DNA of 64,000 bases, from assembly GCA_964623635.1 (NCBI GenBank), contig CAZUUA010000002.1:17585-81584 (forward strand). Reading direction: 5' to 3'. Each line of letters opens with the position of its first letter. The stretch's first letter is position 1. Shown in pieces: positions 52,331 through 60,826 of this stretch. The notes below the pieces were generated by a model, which did no database searches, was not told where the DNA came from, and saw nothing but the letters and a program-made list of their open reading frames with translations. Source of the DNA: an uncultured Ruminococcus sp. Its GTDB lineage: Bacteria > Bacillota > Clostridia > Oscillospirales > CAG-272. Both the position numbers and the translations under genes were made by a program.

Positions 52331-53233
52331 ATGGAATATACCAATATTTCAAAAGATGCGATCGAAAGAAAATTAAAGGAAGCGGCGGAAAAGGTCGAGG
52401 TGGCACTGCAGCAGTATTTCAAGGACGGCTGGGCAGGGGATACGGTACTTTCCGAAGCCATGCAGTATTCGCTCCTGGGCGGCGGCAAACGGATCCGTGC
52501 CTTTCTGGTGTTGGAGTTTTGCCGTCTCTTTGGCGGTACCGAAAAGGCCGCTATGCCCTACGCCTGTGCGCTGGAAATGGTCCACGCCTATTCGCTGATC
52601 CACGACGACCTGCCCTGCATGGACGACGACGATCTGCGTCGGGGCAAGCCATCCTGCCATAAACAGTTCGATGAAGCGGTGGCACTGCTGGCCGGAGATA
52701 CGCTCCTGACAATGGCCTTTGAGGTAGCAGCGTCCAATCCACACGTATCGGCCAAGTCGGTGCAGCTGGCTGTGAAGACTCTGGCAAAGGAAGCCGGTGC
52801 TTTGGGTATGGCCGGTGGGCAGGTGCTGGATCTGGCAAACCGTGTGTCCGGCTACAAGGCACTGCGGCAGATCTATAGGATGAAGACCAGCGCACTGATC
52901 AAGGCGGCCTGCCTGCTGGGCTACTATGCGGCCTGCGACAAACCGGTACAGCGGGACATGGACAACCTGGCTCTATACGCCGAAGCCATCGGACTTGCCT
53001 TCCAGATCCACGATGACATTCTGGACGTCAAGAGCGATACGGCGACCTTGGGCAAACGGGTCGGCAGCGATGCCAAAAACCAGAAAAAGACAGTGCTGGC
53101 CTTTATGACCATGCCGGAGGCCGAGGACGAGGAAGCACTGCTGACCCTGCTTTCCGTAGAGGCCGTTTCCGATTACGTCGATAGCGATACCCTATGCAAG
53201 CTGGCCATCTGGCTCCTGTCCCGGAAAAAATGA
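52331..53233 (+). CDS. ispA: Farnesyl/geranylgeranyl diphosphate synthase
   Basis: 300 aa. First DDxxD (IHDDLPCMDDDDLRRG) and second DDxxD (FQIHDDILD). Confidence 0.9.
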   Translation: MEYTNISKDAIERKLKEAAEKVEVALQQYFKDGWAGDTVLSEAMQYSLLGGGKRIRAFLVLEFCRLFGGTEKAAMPYACALEMVHAYSLIHDDLPCMDDDDLRRGKPSCHKQFDEAVALLAGDTLLTMAFEVAASNPHVSAKSVQLAVKTLAKEAGALGMAGGQVLDLANRVSGYKALRQIYRMKTSALIKAACLLGYYAACDKPVQRDMDNLALYAEAIGLAFQIHDDILDVKSDTATLGKRVGSDAKNQKKTVLAFMTMPEAEDEEALLTLLSVEAVSDYVDSDTLCKLAIWLLSRKK

Positions 53234-54021
53234 GACTGGATACCTATTTGGCAGAAAAAGGGTACGCACGCAGCCGCACCCACGCTGTCAGCCTGATCAA
53301 AGACGGCTGCGTCACAGTCGGCGGCAAGGTGGCCACCAAACCGGCTATGGAGGTGACCGAGACCGATATCGTCGCCGTGACACAGCCCGAGGTCGCTTTC
53401 GTCAGCCGTGGTGGGCATAAGCTCAACGGGATCTTGGAAACGTTGCACCTGGACGTGACTGGCCTGTTTTGTGCGGACATCGGCGCATCCACCGGCGGCT
53501 TTACGGATTGCCTTCTCAAACGAGGTGCCGCACAGGTGGTAGCAGTGGACACAGGCAGTGGGCAGCTGGCAGAGAGCCTGCGTGCCGATCCCCGTGTGGT
53601 CAACATCGAGAACTGCAACGCCCGGTATATGACTGCGGAGACGGTCGGCGGCAAAAAGGATCTGGTGGTGGCAGATGTGTCCTTTATCTCCCAGACCCTT
53701 TTGATCCCTGCCGTCTCCGGTATCTTGAAGCCCGGCGGACAGTATATATGCCTTGTGAAGCCCCAGTTCGAGTGCGGCAGAGAAGCACTGAACAAAAACG
53801 GCATCGTCCGGGATAAAAAGTTCCACCTGTATGCGCTACGCCGGGTGTATGCCAGCCTGCTGGAAGCCGGACTGACACCGGTTGCCGTACTGCCATCCTC
53901 GATCCGAGGCGGCGATGGCAACACGGAATTTTTGATTTTGTCTCAGAATTGTTGCGATGGCAGACCATGCTCCGTCACCGACCGGGAACTGCAGGAGGTA
54001 GCTTATGGAAAGGATACATAA
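53230..54021 (+). CDS. tlyA: TlyA-family rRNA 2'-O-methyltransferase (S4 domain + FtsJ-like)
   Basis: Track ORF 53194..54021. ATG 53230 overlaps the ispA stop. MRLDTYLAEKGYARSRTHA (S4), VSRGGHKL, DIGASTGGFTDCLL. Confidence 0.85.
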   Translation: MRLDTYLAEKGYARSRTHAVSLIKDGCVTVGGKVATKPAMEVTETDIVAVTQPEVAFVSRGGHKLNGILETLHLDVTGLFCADIGASTGGFTDCLLKRGAAQVVAVDTGSGQLAESLRADPRVVNIENCNARYMTAETVGGKKDLVVADVSFISQTLLIPAVSGILKPGGQYICLVKPQFECGREALNKNGIVRDKKFHLYALRRVYASLLEAGLTPVAVLPSSIRGGDGNTEFLILSQNCCDGRPCSVTDRELQEVAYGKDT

Positions 54022-54862
54022 CGTCCTGCTGGTGCCTAACACCACAAAGACGATCCCCAAAGAAAAGATCGCACGGATCATCGACCGCTGGTCCGACAAC
54101 GGCTGTCGGCTGTATACGCTGCCGGAATGCGAGACCTATTTAGGCGGCAGAGTTCCTGTGATACCGCCGGAAACCCATGAAAGCTGGGACGCTGCCTGTG
54201 TACTGGGTGGAGACGGCTCTATCATCGATGCGGCTCACCGGCTCTACGGCATGGGCATTCCCCTGATCGGCATCAATTTCGGCCACTTAGGTTACCTGGC
54301 AGAGCTGGAAGAAAGTGAGCTTGGCTGGGTCGATCGGATCGTATTGGGCGAATATACGCTGGATCGCCGCATGATGCTGGACATCGAGATCATCGATCCA
54401 AGCGGACACACACGCCAGAGAAGCGTGGCACTCAACGATGTGGTGCTGACCAACGGACCGGTGGCAAGACTTTTGTCCTTCGATCTGTTTTGCAGCGATA
54501 TCTTCATGCAGACCTGTCGGGCAGACGGCATCATCGTCGCCACACCCACCGGTTCCACAGCCTATTCCATGTCGGCCGGCGGTCCCATTTTAGACCCGGC
54601 TCTGGACTGCATCTGCCTGACCCCCATTTGTCCCCACACCATGAGCAGCCGTCCCGTGATCGTACGGAGCAGTGCCAGGGTGCTGCTGACGGAGATCCAC
54701 GCCCGGAGCACCTCTGTGTACCTGACCAGCGATGGCAGAGAAGCGGTCGAACTGACACCAGGCGAATCGGTGCGCATCACCCGTTCCCCATATACCACCG
54801 ACCTGATCCGGGTACGGGACGATGGTTTTCTCATGGCGCTGCATCGGAAGCTGACCGATTGA
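54005..54862 (+). CDS. nadK: NAD kinase
   Basis: 285 aa. GGDGS, INFGHLGYL, NDVV, ADGIIVATPTGSTAYSMSAGGPI. Confidence 0.9.
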   Translation: MERIHNVLLVPNTTKTIPKEKIARIIDRWSDNGCRLYTLPECETYLGGRVPVIPPETHESWDAACVLGGDGSIIDAAHRLYGMGIPLIGINFGHLGYLAELEESELGWVDRIVLGEYTLDRRMMLDIEIIDPSGHTRQRSVALNDVVLTNGPVARLLSFDLFCSDIFMQTCRADGIIVATPTGSTAYSMSAGGPILDPALDCICLTPICPHTMSSRPVIVRSSARVLLTEIHARSTSVYLTSDGREAVELTPGESVRITRSPYTTDLIRVRDDGFLMALHRKLTD

Positions 54863-54945
54863 AGCCAAATACCAAGCCGGTATGGCTCGTTTGCCAAACG
54901 CATATCTCATGGGAAGAATAATTCCATCCACAGAAAGGGAAGGAA

Positions 54946-55398
54946 ATGAAGATCAAAAGACACAACAAGATCCTGGAGATCATTGAGAATTACAACATCG
55001 AGACCCAGGAGGAGCTGATCGAAAAGCTCAAGCTGGCAGGATTTGACGTGACCCAAGCTACGGTATCCAGAGACATTCGGGAGCTGAAGCTGCTCAAGCA
55101 GATGTCCGATATGGGGACCTACAAATATGTCCAGCCCAAGAGCACGACCAGCGAGAACCAGCACGTGTACAGCCGTGCGCTGGCGGTGAACATCAAATCG
55201 GTGGAAGCGTCCTTCAACAACATCGTGATCCGTACCTATTCCGGTATGGCGCAGGGCGTAGCTGCCGGGATCGATGCCCTGCACGAAGCGGACATTTTGG
55301 GCTGCGTGGCCGGGGACGACTGTATCATCATCGTGACCCGTGATCCGGAAGCCTCGGAGGACATCGCATCCCGTCTGCGGAAACTGATCGAATCCTGA
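54946..55398 (+). CDS. argR: Arginine repressor
   Basis: 150 aa. KRHNKILEIIENYNIETQEELIEKLKLAGFDVTQATVSRDIREL plus the C-terminal GCVAGDDCIIIV oligomerisation block. Confidence 0.9.
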   Translation: MKIKRHNKILEIIENYNIETQEELIEKLKLAGFDVTQATVSRDIRELKLLKQMSDMGTYKYVQPKSTTSENQHVYSRALAVNIKSVEASFNNIVIRTYSGMAQGVAAGIDALHEADILGCVAGDDCIIIVTRDPEASEDIASRLRKLIES

Positions 55399-55434
55399 AC
55401 GATCGCAAAAGGCACAGCCATGTAGGAGGACGCC

Positions 55435-57117
55435 ATGCTGAAGAATCTGTCTATCACCAATATCGCCGTGGCAAAGGCATTGGATATGGAGCTGGACGAA
55501 GGCTTTTCCGTGATCACGGGAGAAACAGGTGCCGGCAAATCCATCGTTATCGACTGTCTGGGACTGCTGTGCGGCGACAAGGCAGGCAGAGAAATGATCC
55601 GCACCGGTGAGACACGATCCATGGTCAGCGGCATTTTTGACGACCTGTCGCCGGAGGCTGTAGCGGCACTGGAAAACGAAGGCGTCACACCCGATGAAAA
55701 CGGCGAATTGGAGATCACCCGGATCCTGTCAGCCGATGGACGAGGCAGCGTCAGGATCAATCGCCGACCCTGTCCCCTGTCGGTGTTGAAGGCGATCGGT
55801 CCCTGGCTCATCCAGATCCAGACCCAGGACGAACGCACCCAGCTTGCCGACAAAAGCAGCTACACCGCCATGTTGGACAGCTATGCCGAAGCCGATGCAC
55901 TGCTTGCGACCTATCGGGAAGCCTACGCCAAGCTCACCGCCAAACGGCAGGAGATCCGGGAATTGACCGAGGCCATGCGGGAACGGAATATGCTGCTGGA
56001 CATTTACAAATACCAGCTGCAGGAGATCGATGGTGCCAAGCTGGGCGCAGACGACGAGGAAGAAAAGCTGCTGCGTTTGCGTACCAAATGCAAAAACGCC
56101 GAACGGGTCCGCCGTCACGCAGCGCTGATCTACAAAGCCTTGGAGCAAAACGACAAGGGTATGGCCGCCGCCGATCTGTTGGAAAAAGCGGAAGGGGCAC
56201 TGGAACAGCTGTCGGACGTGCTGGACGAAGCGGCGGACATGGCAAAGCAGTTGGAGGGCTATCGCTACGAGATTATCGATATCGCAGATCGGGTAAAACG
56301 ATTGTTGAACGACGACGAAATGAACAGTCCCGAAAACAAACTGACCTCCATCGAAAGCCGACTATACACCATCGACAAGCTAAAACGCAAATACGGCGCC
56401 ACCATTCCGGAGATCAAGGCCTTTCGAAAATCGGTGGCCGATAAGGTAAACGACATGGAGTCCGGAGACGTGCGTCTGCGTGAGCTGGAAAAAGAGGAAG
56501 CTGTTCTGGCAAACGAAGCCGCAGAAGCTGCCGGGGTGCTCCACGATCGTCGGGCAGAAGCGGCAGAACGACTGACCAAAGGGATCCTTGGTGATCTGCA
56601 GTTTCTGGAAATGCCCAAGGTGCGCTTCTCCATCCAGGTGGTAAAGCGGCCGGAGAAGGAGAACCTGTTTGGTGCAGACGGCTGGGATGACGTGGATTTT
56701 CTGTTGTCCGTGAATCCGGGAGAAGCCATGCAGTCTCTGGGGAAGGTGGCATCCGGCGGTGAGTTGTCCCGTGTGATGCTGGCGCTGAAAGCCTCCGTCA
56801 GCGACAAGACCGGTACGGTGGTCTTTGACGAGATCGACACCGGTGTATCCGGCAGTACCGCAGAACGGATCGGGATCCTGCTGCAAAAGCTGTCCACCCG
56901 GAACCAGGTGCTGGCGGTGACCCATTCCCCACAGGTAGCCGCAAGAGCCGACACCCATTATCGCATCTATAAGCAGGTGATCGAGGATCGTGCCGAAAGC
57001 AGCATCACCACATTGGATCCGACCGAACGGGTAGAAGAGCTGGCCCGGATCATCGGCGGTATCGATGTGACCGAGACCCAAAGACGGACAGCCCAAGAAA
57101 TGTTAAACATTTCTTGA
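55435..57117 (+). CDS. recN: DNA repair protein RecN
   Basis: 560 aa. LSITNIAV ... GETGAGKSI Walker A, central coiled coil, ASGGELSRVMLALK signature, VFDEIDTGVSG. Confidence 0.95.
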   Translation: MLKNLSITNIAVAKALDMELDEGFSVITGETGAGKSIVIDCLGLLCGDKAGREMIRTGETRSMVSGIFDDLSPEAVAALENEGVTPDENGELEITRILSADGRGSVRINRRPCPLSVLKAIGPWLIQIQTQDERTQLADKSSYTAMLDSYAEADALLATYREAYAKLTAKRQEIRELTEAMRERNMLLDIYKYQLQEIDGAKLGADDEEEKLLRLRTKCKNAERVRRHAALIYKALEQNDKGMAAADLLEKAEGALEQLSDVLDEAADMAKQLEGYRYEIIDIADRVKRLLNDDEMNSPENKLTSIESRLYTIDKLKRKYGATIPEIKAFRKSVADKVNDMESGDVRLRELEKEEAVLANEAAEAAGVLHDRRAEAAERLTKGILGDLQFLEMPKVRFSIQVVKRPEKENLFGADGWDDVDFLLSVNPGEAMQSLGKVASGGELSRVMLALKASVSDKTGTVVFDEIDTGVSGSTAERIGILLQKLSTRNQVLAVTHSPQVAARADTHYRIYKQVIEDRAESSITTLDPTERVEELARIIGGIDVTETQRRTAQEMLNIS

Positions 57118-57202
57118 TGAAATAGCTACGCATATCTTGAGCGTACTATGCATATCCTCACGTACCTGCGAAAATCTATCGTGTAAATTTTTTGTATGCC
57201 CC

Positions 57203-57231
57203 TTGACAAAATGCGTCCCCTGTGCTATACT
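57203..57231 (+). promoter_or_regulatory. Sigma-A promoter of the tyrS leader
   Basis: TTGACA - 17 nt - TATACT (a consensus-grade pair). Confidence 0.6.
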
Positions 57232-57237
57232 GTATGG

Positions 57238-57545
57238 TACAATGCAATGATCGGAAACAAGTATGTTTTTCGGGGTCATATCCCCATGTTCTCCTGCCAG
57301 AGAGCCGGCGGTCGGTGTGAGTCGGTGGAGACAAAAAACAGAATACCTTCCAGAAGCAGCGCACCGAACCGTGATGTGATTGGCGCACGAAGTAGGCTGC
57401 GACGGTCGTTCCCGTTACAGAACAGGGGCATACCTATGTGTCCCATGAGGTCTTCTCTCGTTTTGTGGAGAGAGGGTAAATTGAGGTGGTACCACGGTTT
57501 TGTCCGTCCTCTGTCGTCTGAGCAGAACGCAGGGGGCTTTTTTCT
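57238..57545 (+). promoter_or_regulatory. T-box leader (tRNA-Tyr-responsive) of tyrS
   Basis: Stem I element CCAGAGAGCCGGCGGTCGGTGTGAG. Candidate specifier TAC at 57344-57346. Conserved T-box AAATTGAGGTGGTACCACGG at 57478-57497, followed by a GC-rich hairpin ending CAGGGGGC and then TTTTTTC. Confidence 0.8.
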
Positions 57546-57632
57546 TTCCCATTTATCTGTACAACCAAAACCACGTCACAGGAAGCATGAAAACAAATCC
57601 AAATCCAATAGAGTAAAGGAGTCAAAGGACCC

Positions 57633-58853
57633 ATGACGATTTTTGACGAACTGAAAGCCAGAGGGCTCATTGCCCAGATGACCAACGAAGAAGAGATCAA
57701 GGAACTGATCAACAACGGGAAGGCAACCTTCTATATCGGTTTCGACTGCACCGCAGATAGCCTGACTGCCGGACACTTTATGGCGCTGACCCTGATGAAG
57801 CGTCTGCAGATGGCCGGGAACAAGCCCATTGCCCTGATCGGCGGCGGCACCACCATGATCGGTGACCCTTCCGGTCGTACCGATATGCGGAAGATGTTGA
57901 CCAAGGAAGACATCGACCACAATGCCGAATGTTTCAAGCGCCAGATGGAACGCTTCATTGATTTTGGCGAAGGCAAGGCGCAAATGATCAACAACGCCGA
58001 TTGGCTGCTGAAGCTGAACTATGTAGAGCTGCTCCGGGAAGTGGGTGCCTGCTTCTCCGTCAACAATATGCTCCGTGCCGAGTGCTACAAGCAGAGAATG
58101 GAAAAGGGTCTGTCCTTCCTGGAATTCAACTACATGATCATGCAGTCCTACGACTTCTACTACCTGTTCCAGAACTACGGCTGTAATCTCCAGTTCGGCG
58201 GCGACGACCAGTGGTCCAATATGCTGGGCGGTACCGAGCTGATCCGTCGGAAGCTGGGCAAAGACGCAGATGCCATGACCATCACGCTGTTGACCGACTC
58301 TCAGGGTAAGAAGATGGGCAAGACCGCCGGCAACGCTGTATGGCTGGATCCCAACAAGACCTCTCCTTTCGACTTCTACCAATACTGGCGGAACGTGGCA
58401 GACGAAGACGTGCTGAAGTGCATCCGTATGCTGACCTTCCTGCCTCTAGAACAGATCGACGAAATGGACAAGTGGGAAGGCAGCCAGCTCAACACCGCCA
58501 AGGAGATTTTGGCCTACGAGCTGACCAAGCTGGTACACGGCGAAGCAGAAGCAGAAAAGGCAAAGGCCTCTGCTAAGGATCTGTTCGGTGGCAAGGGTGT
58601 TGCAGAAAATATGCCCACCACGACCCTGACCGATATTCCGGCCGAAGGGATCAACGTGATCGATATGATGCTGAGCGCCAAGCTGGTGGGCTCCAAGGGT
58701 GACGCCAGAAGACTGATCCAGGGCGGCGGCGTATTCCTGGGCGACGAAAAGGTAGAAGACTTTGGCCGCATGGTCACCGCTGAGGAGCTGTCCGGCGATG
58801 GCGTGATCCTGCGGAAGGGCAAGAAGACCTATCATCGGTTCTTGAAAGCATAA
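57633..58853 (+). CDS. tyrS: Tyrosine--tRNA ligase
   Basis: 406 aa. HIGH-type TAGHF, GGGTTMIGDPSG, KMGKT (KMSKS) and a C-terminal S4-like domain. Confidence 0.95.
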   Translation: MTIFDELKARGLIAQMTNEEEIKELINNGKATFYIGFDCTADSLTAGHFMALTLMKRLQMAGNKPIALIGGGTTMIGDPSGRTDMRKMLTKEDIDHNAECFKRQMERFIDFGEGKAQMINNADWLLKLNYVELLREVGACFSVNNMLRAECYKQRMEKGLSFLEFNYMIMQSYDFYYLFQNYGCNLQFGGDDQWSNMLGGTELIRRKLGKDADAMTITLLTDSQGKKMGKTAGNAVWLDPNKTSPFDFYQYWRNVADEDVLKCIRMLTFLPLEQIDEMDKWEGSQLNTAKEILAYELTKLVHGEAEAEKAKASAKDLFGGKGVAENMPTTTLTDIPAEGINVIDMMLSAKLVGSKGDARRLIQGGGVFLGDEKVEDFGRMVTAEELSGDGVILRKGKKTYHRFLKA

Positions 58854-58863
58854 GGTTGTAGTG

Positions 58864-58898
58864 CAGTACAGTATACTGTATCGCAGTATACTGTACTG
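58864..58898. repeat. Perfect 15-bp inverted repeat with 5-nt spacer (contains CAGTATACTG twice)
   Basis: CAGTACAGTATACTG tatcg CAGTATACTGTACTG, 11 nt after the tyrS stop and 41 nt before the murB ATG. No U-tract follows. Confidence 0.85.
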
Positions 58899-58938
58899 TC
58901 ACATACTTCAGAAGAACCATGTCCCAAAGGAGAAACCT

Positions 58939-59904
58939 ATGACCAACCCTTTTTCCCGGATCGAGCCTAAGATCGGTTTTTATCTGGAAGAATTGGAACA
59001 AAAAAATAAAAAAGCCCCCACCGATCCAGCTTGTCAGATCCAGTGGGAGATCAATGAACCCATGAGCCGCCATACCACTTTCCGGATTGGCGGTTCTGCC
59101 GCATTGTACGCAAAATGTCAAACGGTGGAGGCTCTGGCGGCCTTAACCAAGCACTGTCGGGAAAACGAGATCCCCACCATCGTACTGGGCAACGGCAGCA
59201 ATGTGCTCTTTGCCGACGAAGGCTTTTGCGGCGTGGTGCTGTCCATGTCCGACTTGCATACGATCACCATTGACGAAAACACCATCGTAGCCGGTGCCGG
59301 TGCCAACCTCAGTGCGGTCGCCAAGGCTGCTCGTGACCATAGCCTGACCGGTATGGAATTTGCCTATGGGATCCCCGGTTCCTGTGGCGGTGCCGTGTTC
59401 ATGAACGCCGGTGCCTACGATGGGGAAATGCGGGATATCGTCCAAGAGAGCACCTACCTGGATACCACCGATGGTACCCTGCATACGCTGCACCGGGACG
59501 AACACGCCTTTGGCTACCGGGACAGCGCATACCGCCATCATCCGGGCTGGATCTTAGTCTCCGTCAAGCTTGCCCTGCAGCCGGGAGACAGGGAAGCCAT
59601 CGGTGCCAAAATGGAGGACTTCTGGTCCCGCCGCACCGCCAAGCAACCTCTGGATTACCCCAGCGCCGGCAGCGTGTTCAAACGGTATCCCGGCCGGTAC
59701 ACAGCGCAAATGATCGACGAAGCCGGTCTGAAGGGTGCCATGGTCGGTGGTGCCCAGGTGTCCGAAAAGCACGCCGGATTCATCATCAACAAAGGAAATG
59801 CCACCAGTGCCGATGTGGTCACGCTGATCGAGCAGATCCGCCAGACCCTCCACGACAAGTACGGCATCTGGATCGAATGCGAATTGATCCGATATCCAAA
59901 ATGA
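58939..59904 (+). CDS. murB: UDP-N-acetylenolpyruvoylglucosamine reductase
   Basis: Track ORF 58861..59904. ATG 58939 has AAAGGAGAA upstream. HTTFRIGG, LGNGSNVLF, PGSCGGAVFMNAGAY, AGSVFK. Confidence 0.9.
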   Translation: MTNPFSRIEPKIGFYLEELEQKNKKAPTDPACQIQWEINEPMSRHTTFRIGGSAALYAKCQTVEALAALTKHCRENEIPTIVLGNGSNVLFADEGFCGVVLSMSDLHTITIDENTIVAGAGANLSAVAKAARDHSLTGMEFAYGIPGSCGGAVFMNAGAYDGEMRDIVQESTYLDTTDGTLHTLHRDEHAFGYRDSAYRHHPGWILVSVKLALQPGDREAIGAKMEDFWSRRTAKQPLDYPSAGSVFKRYPGRYTAQMIDEAGLKGAMVGGAQVSEKHAGFIINKGNATSADVVTLIEQIRQTLHDKYGIWIECELIRYPK

Positions 59905-60734
59905 ACGAACTATTGCATCAAGAAAATACCGAGTCGGAAACAGCGACCGGCTGCCGATGCTCCGGCGAGGACAAAGAAAAGGGTTCCTTCTGCCAAAGAA
60001 CCAAGGATACCCTGTGTGCCATTCCCATCCGCAAAAAGTGCTGCCGGTTCCTGTGGGACGCCGTGACTGCTTTTCCCAAAGGGGAATCGGCGGCAGAAAA
60101 GATCCACGAATGGCAGGACGGCTGTCGGTGCGACAACTGTATGCCGGTGCTGCTGCGTGCCCTGTTCTGTCGCTACGGAGCCGTCACCGATCCTGCCAAA
60201 CGATACCACCTGGAGTTTGCCTTTCCCAGTGAGAACGAACGGGACGCCGCTGCCGCACTGCTGGAACAGGCCGGTTTTGTCCTGCACAGCTCCCTGCGGC
60301 ACAGCGCCAAGGGCAAGGACAAATGGATCTTGTACTACAAAAGTAGTGCGGATATGGAGGATCTGCTGGCGTATATCGGTGCCTCTGCTGCGACCTTTGC
60401 GCTGATGAACGCCAAGATCGTCAAGGAGTTCCGCAATTCGGTGAACCGCCAGGTCAACTGCGATACCGCCAACATCGAAAAGCAGCTGGAAGCTTCCAAG
60501 AAATACGTAGAAGCCATTCGGTATCTGACGGAGACCGGTGCCATCTCCAAGCTGCCTGAGGCCTTGCAGCAGACCGCAAAGCTGCGACTGGAATACGAAC
60601 AGGTGTCGTTGGCAGAGCTGGGCAACCTGTGTGAACCCAAGGTGTCCAAATCCGGCATGAAGCACCGGATGGAAAAGCTGCTGGAATATGCGCAGAGACT
60701 ACAAGCCGAAGAAGCAAAGGAGGAGACAACATGA
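59901..60734 (+). CDS. whiA: WhiA-like DNA-binding protein, short form with Cys-rich N-terminus
   Basis: Track ORF 59877..60734. ATG 59901 overlaps the murB stop. LRALFCRYGAVTDPAKRYHLEF (LAGLIDADG-like), FRNSVNRQVNCDTANIEKQ and the C-terminal HTH VSLAELGNLCEPKVSKSGMKHRMEKL. Confidence 0.8.
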   Translation: MNELLHQENTESETATGCRCSGEDKEKGSFCQRTKDTLCAIPIRKKCCRFLWDAVTAFPKGESAAEKIHEWQDGCRCDNCMPVLLRALFCRYGAVTDPAKRYHLEFAFPSENERDAAAALLEQAGFVLHSSLRHSAKGKDKWILYYKSSADMEDLLAYIGASAATFALMNAKIVKEFRNSVNRQVNCDTANIEKQLEASKKYVEAIRYLTETGAISKLPEALQQTAKLRLEYEQVSLAELGNLCEPKVSKSGMKHRMEKLLEYAQRLQAEEAKEETT

Positions 60735-60826
60735 TCCAAAAGCACGAGATCCCTATTTTGGAATTCGATACAGACGAGATTGCCGTAATGCATCTGTAAA
60801 ATCAAAACCGTGGAAGGGAGGAAGCC

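Noticed and set aside
57124-57170. Imperfect ~20-bp direct repeat after recN (TACGCATATCTTGAGCGTAC / TATGCATATCCTCACGTACC)
   Set aside because: It has several mismatches and an indel and occurs only once. I see no structural or positional rationale beyond chance or a weak terminator substitute.
58864-58898. SOS/LexA box interpretation of the tyrS-murB inverted repeat
   Set aside because: It does not fit the Firmicute LexA consensus CGAAC-N4-GTTCG. It also has CAG...CTG polarity, opposite to the E. coli CTG-N10-CAG box.
60731-60799. 22-codon ORF (MIQKHEIPILEFDTDEIAVMHL) overlapping the whiA stop (ATGA)
   Set aside because: It is too short to evaluate and has no RBS of its own. It might be a remnant of a decayed gene or a coupling artefact. 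I cannot support it as a gene from sequence alone.
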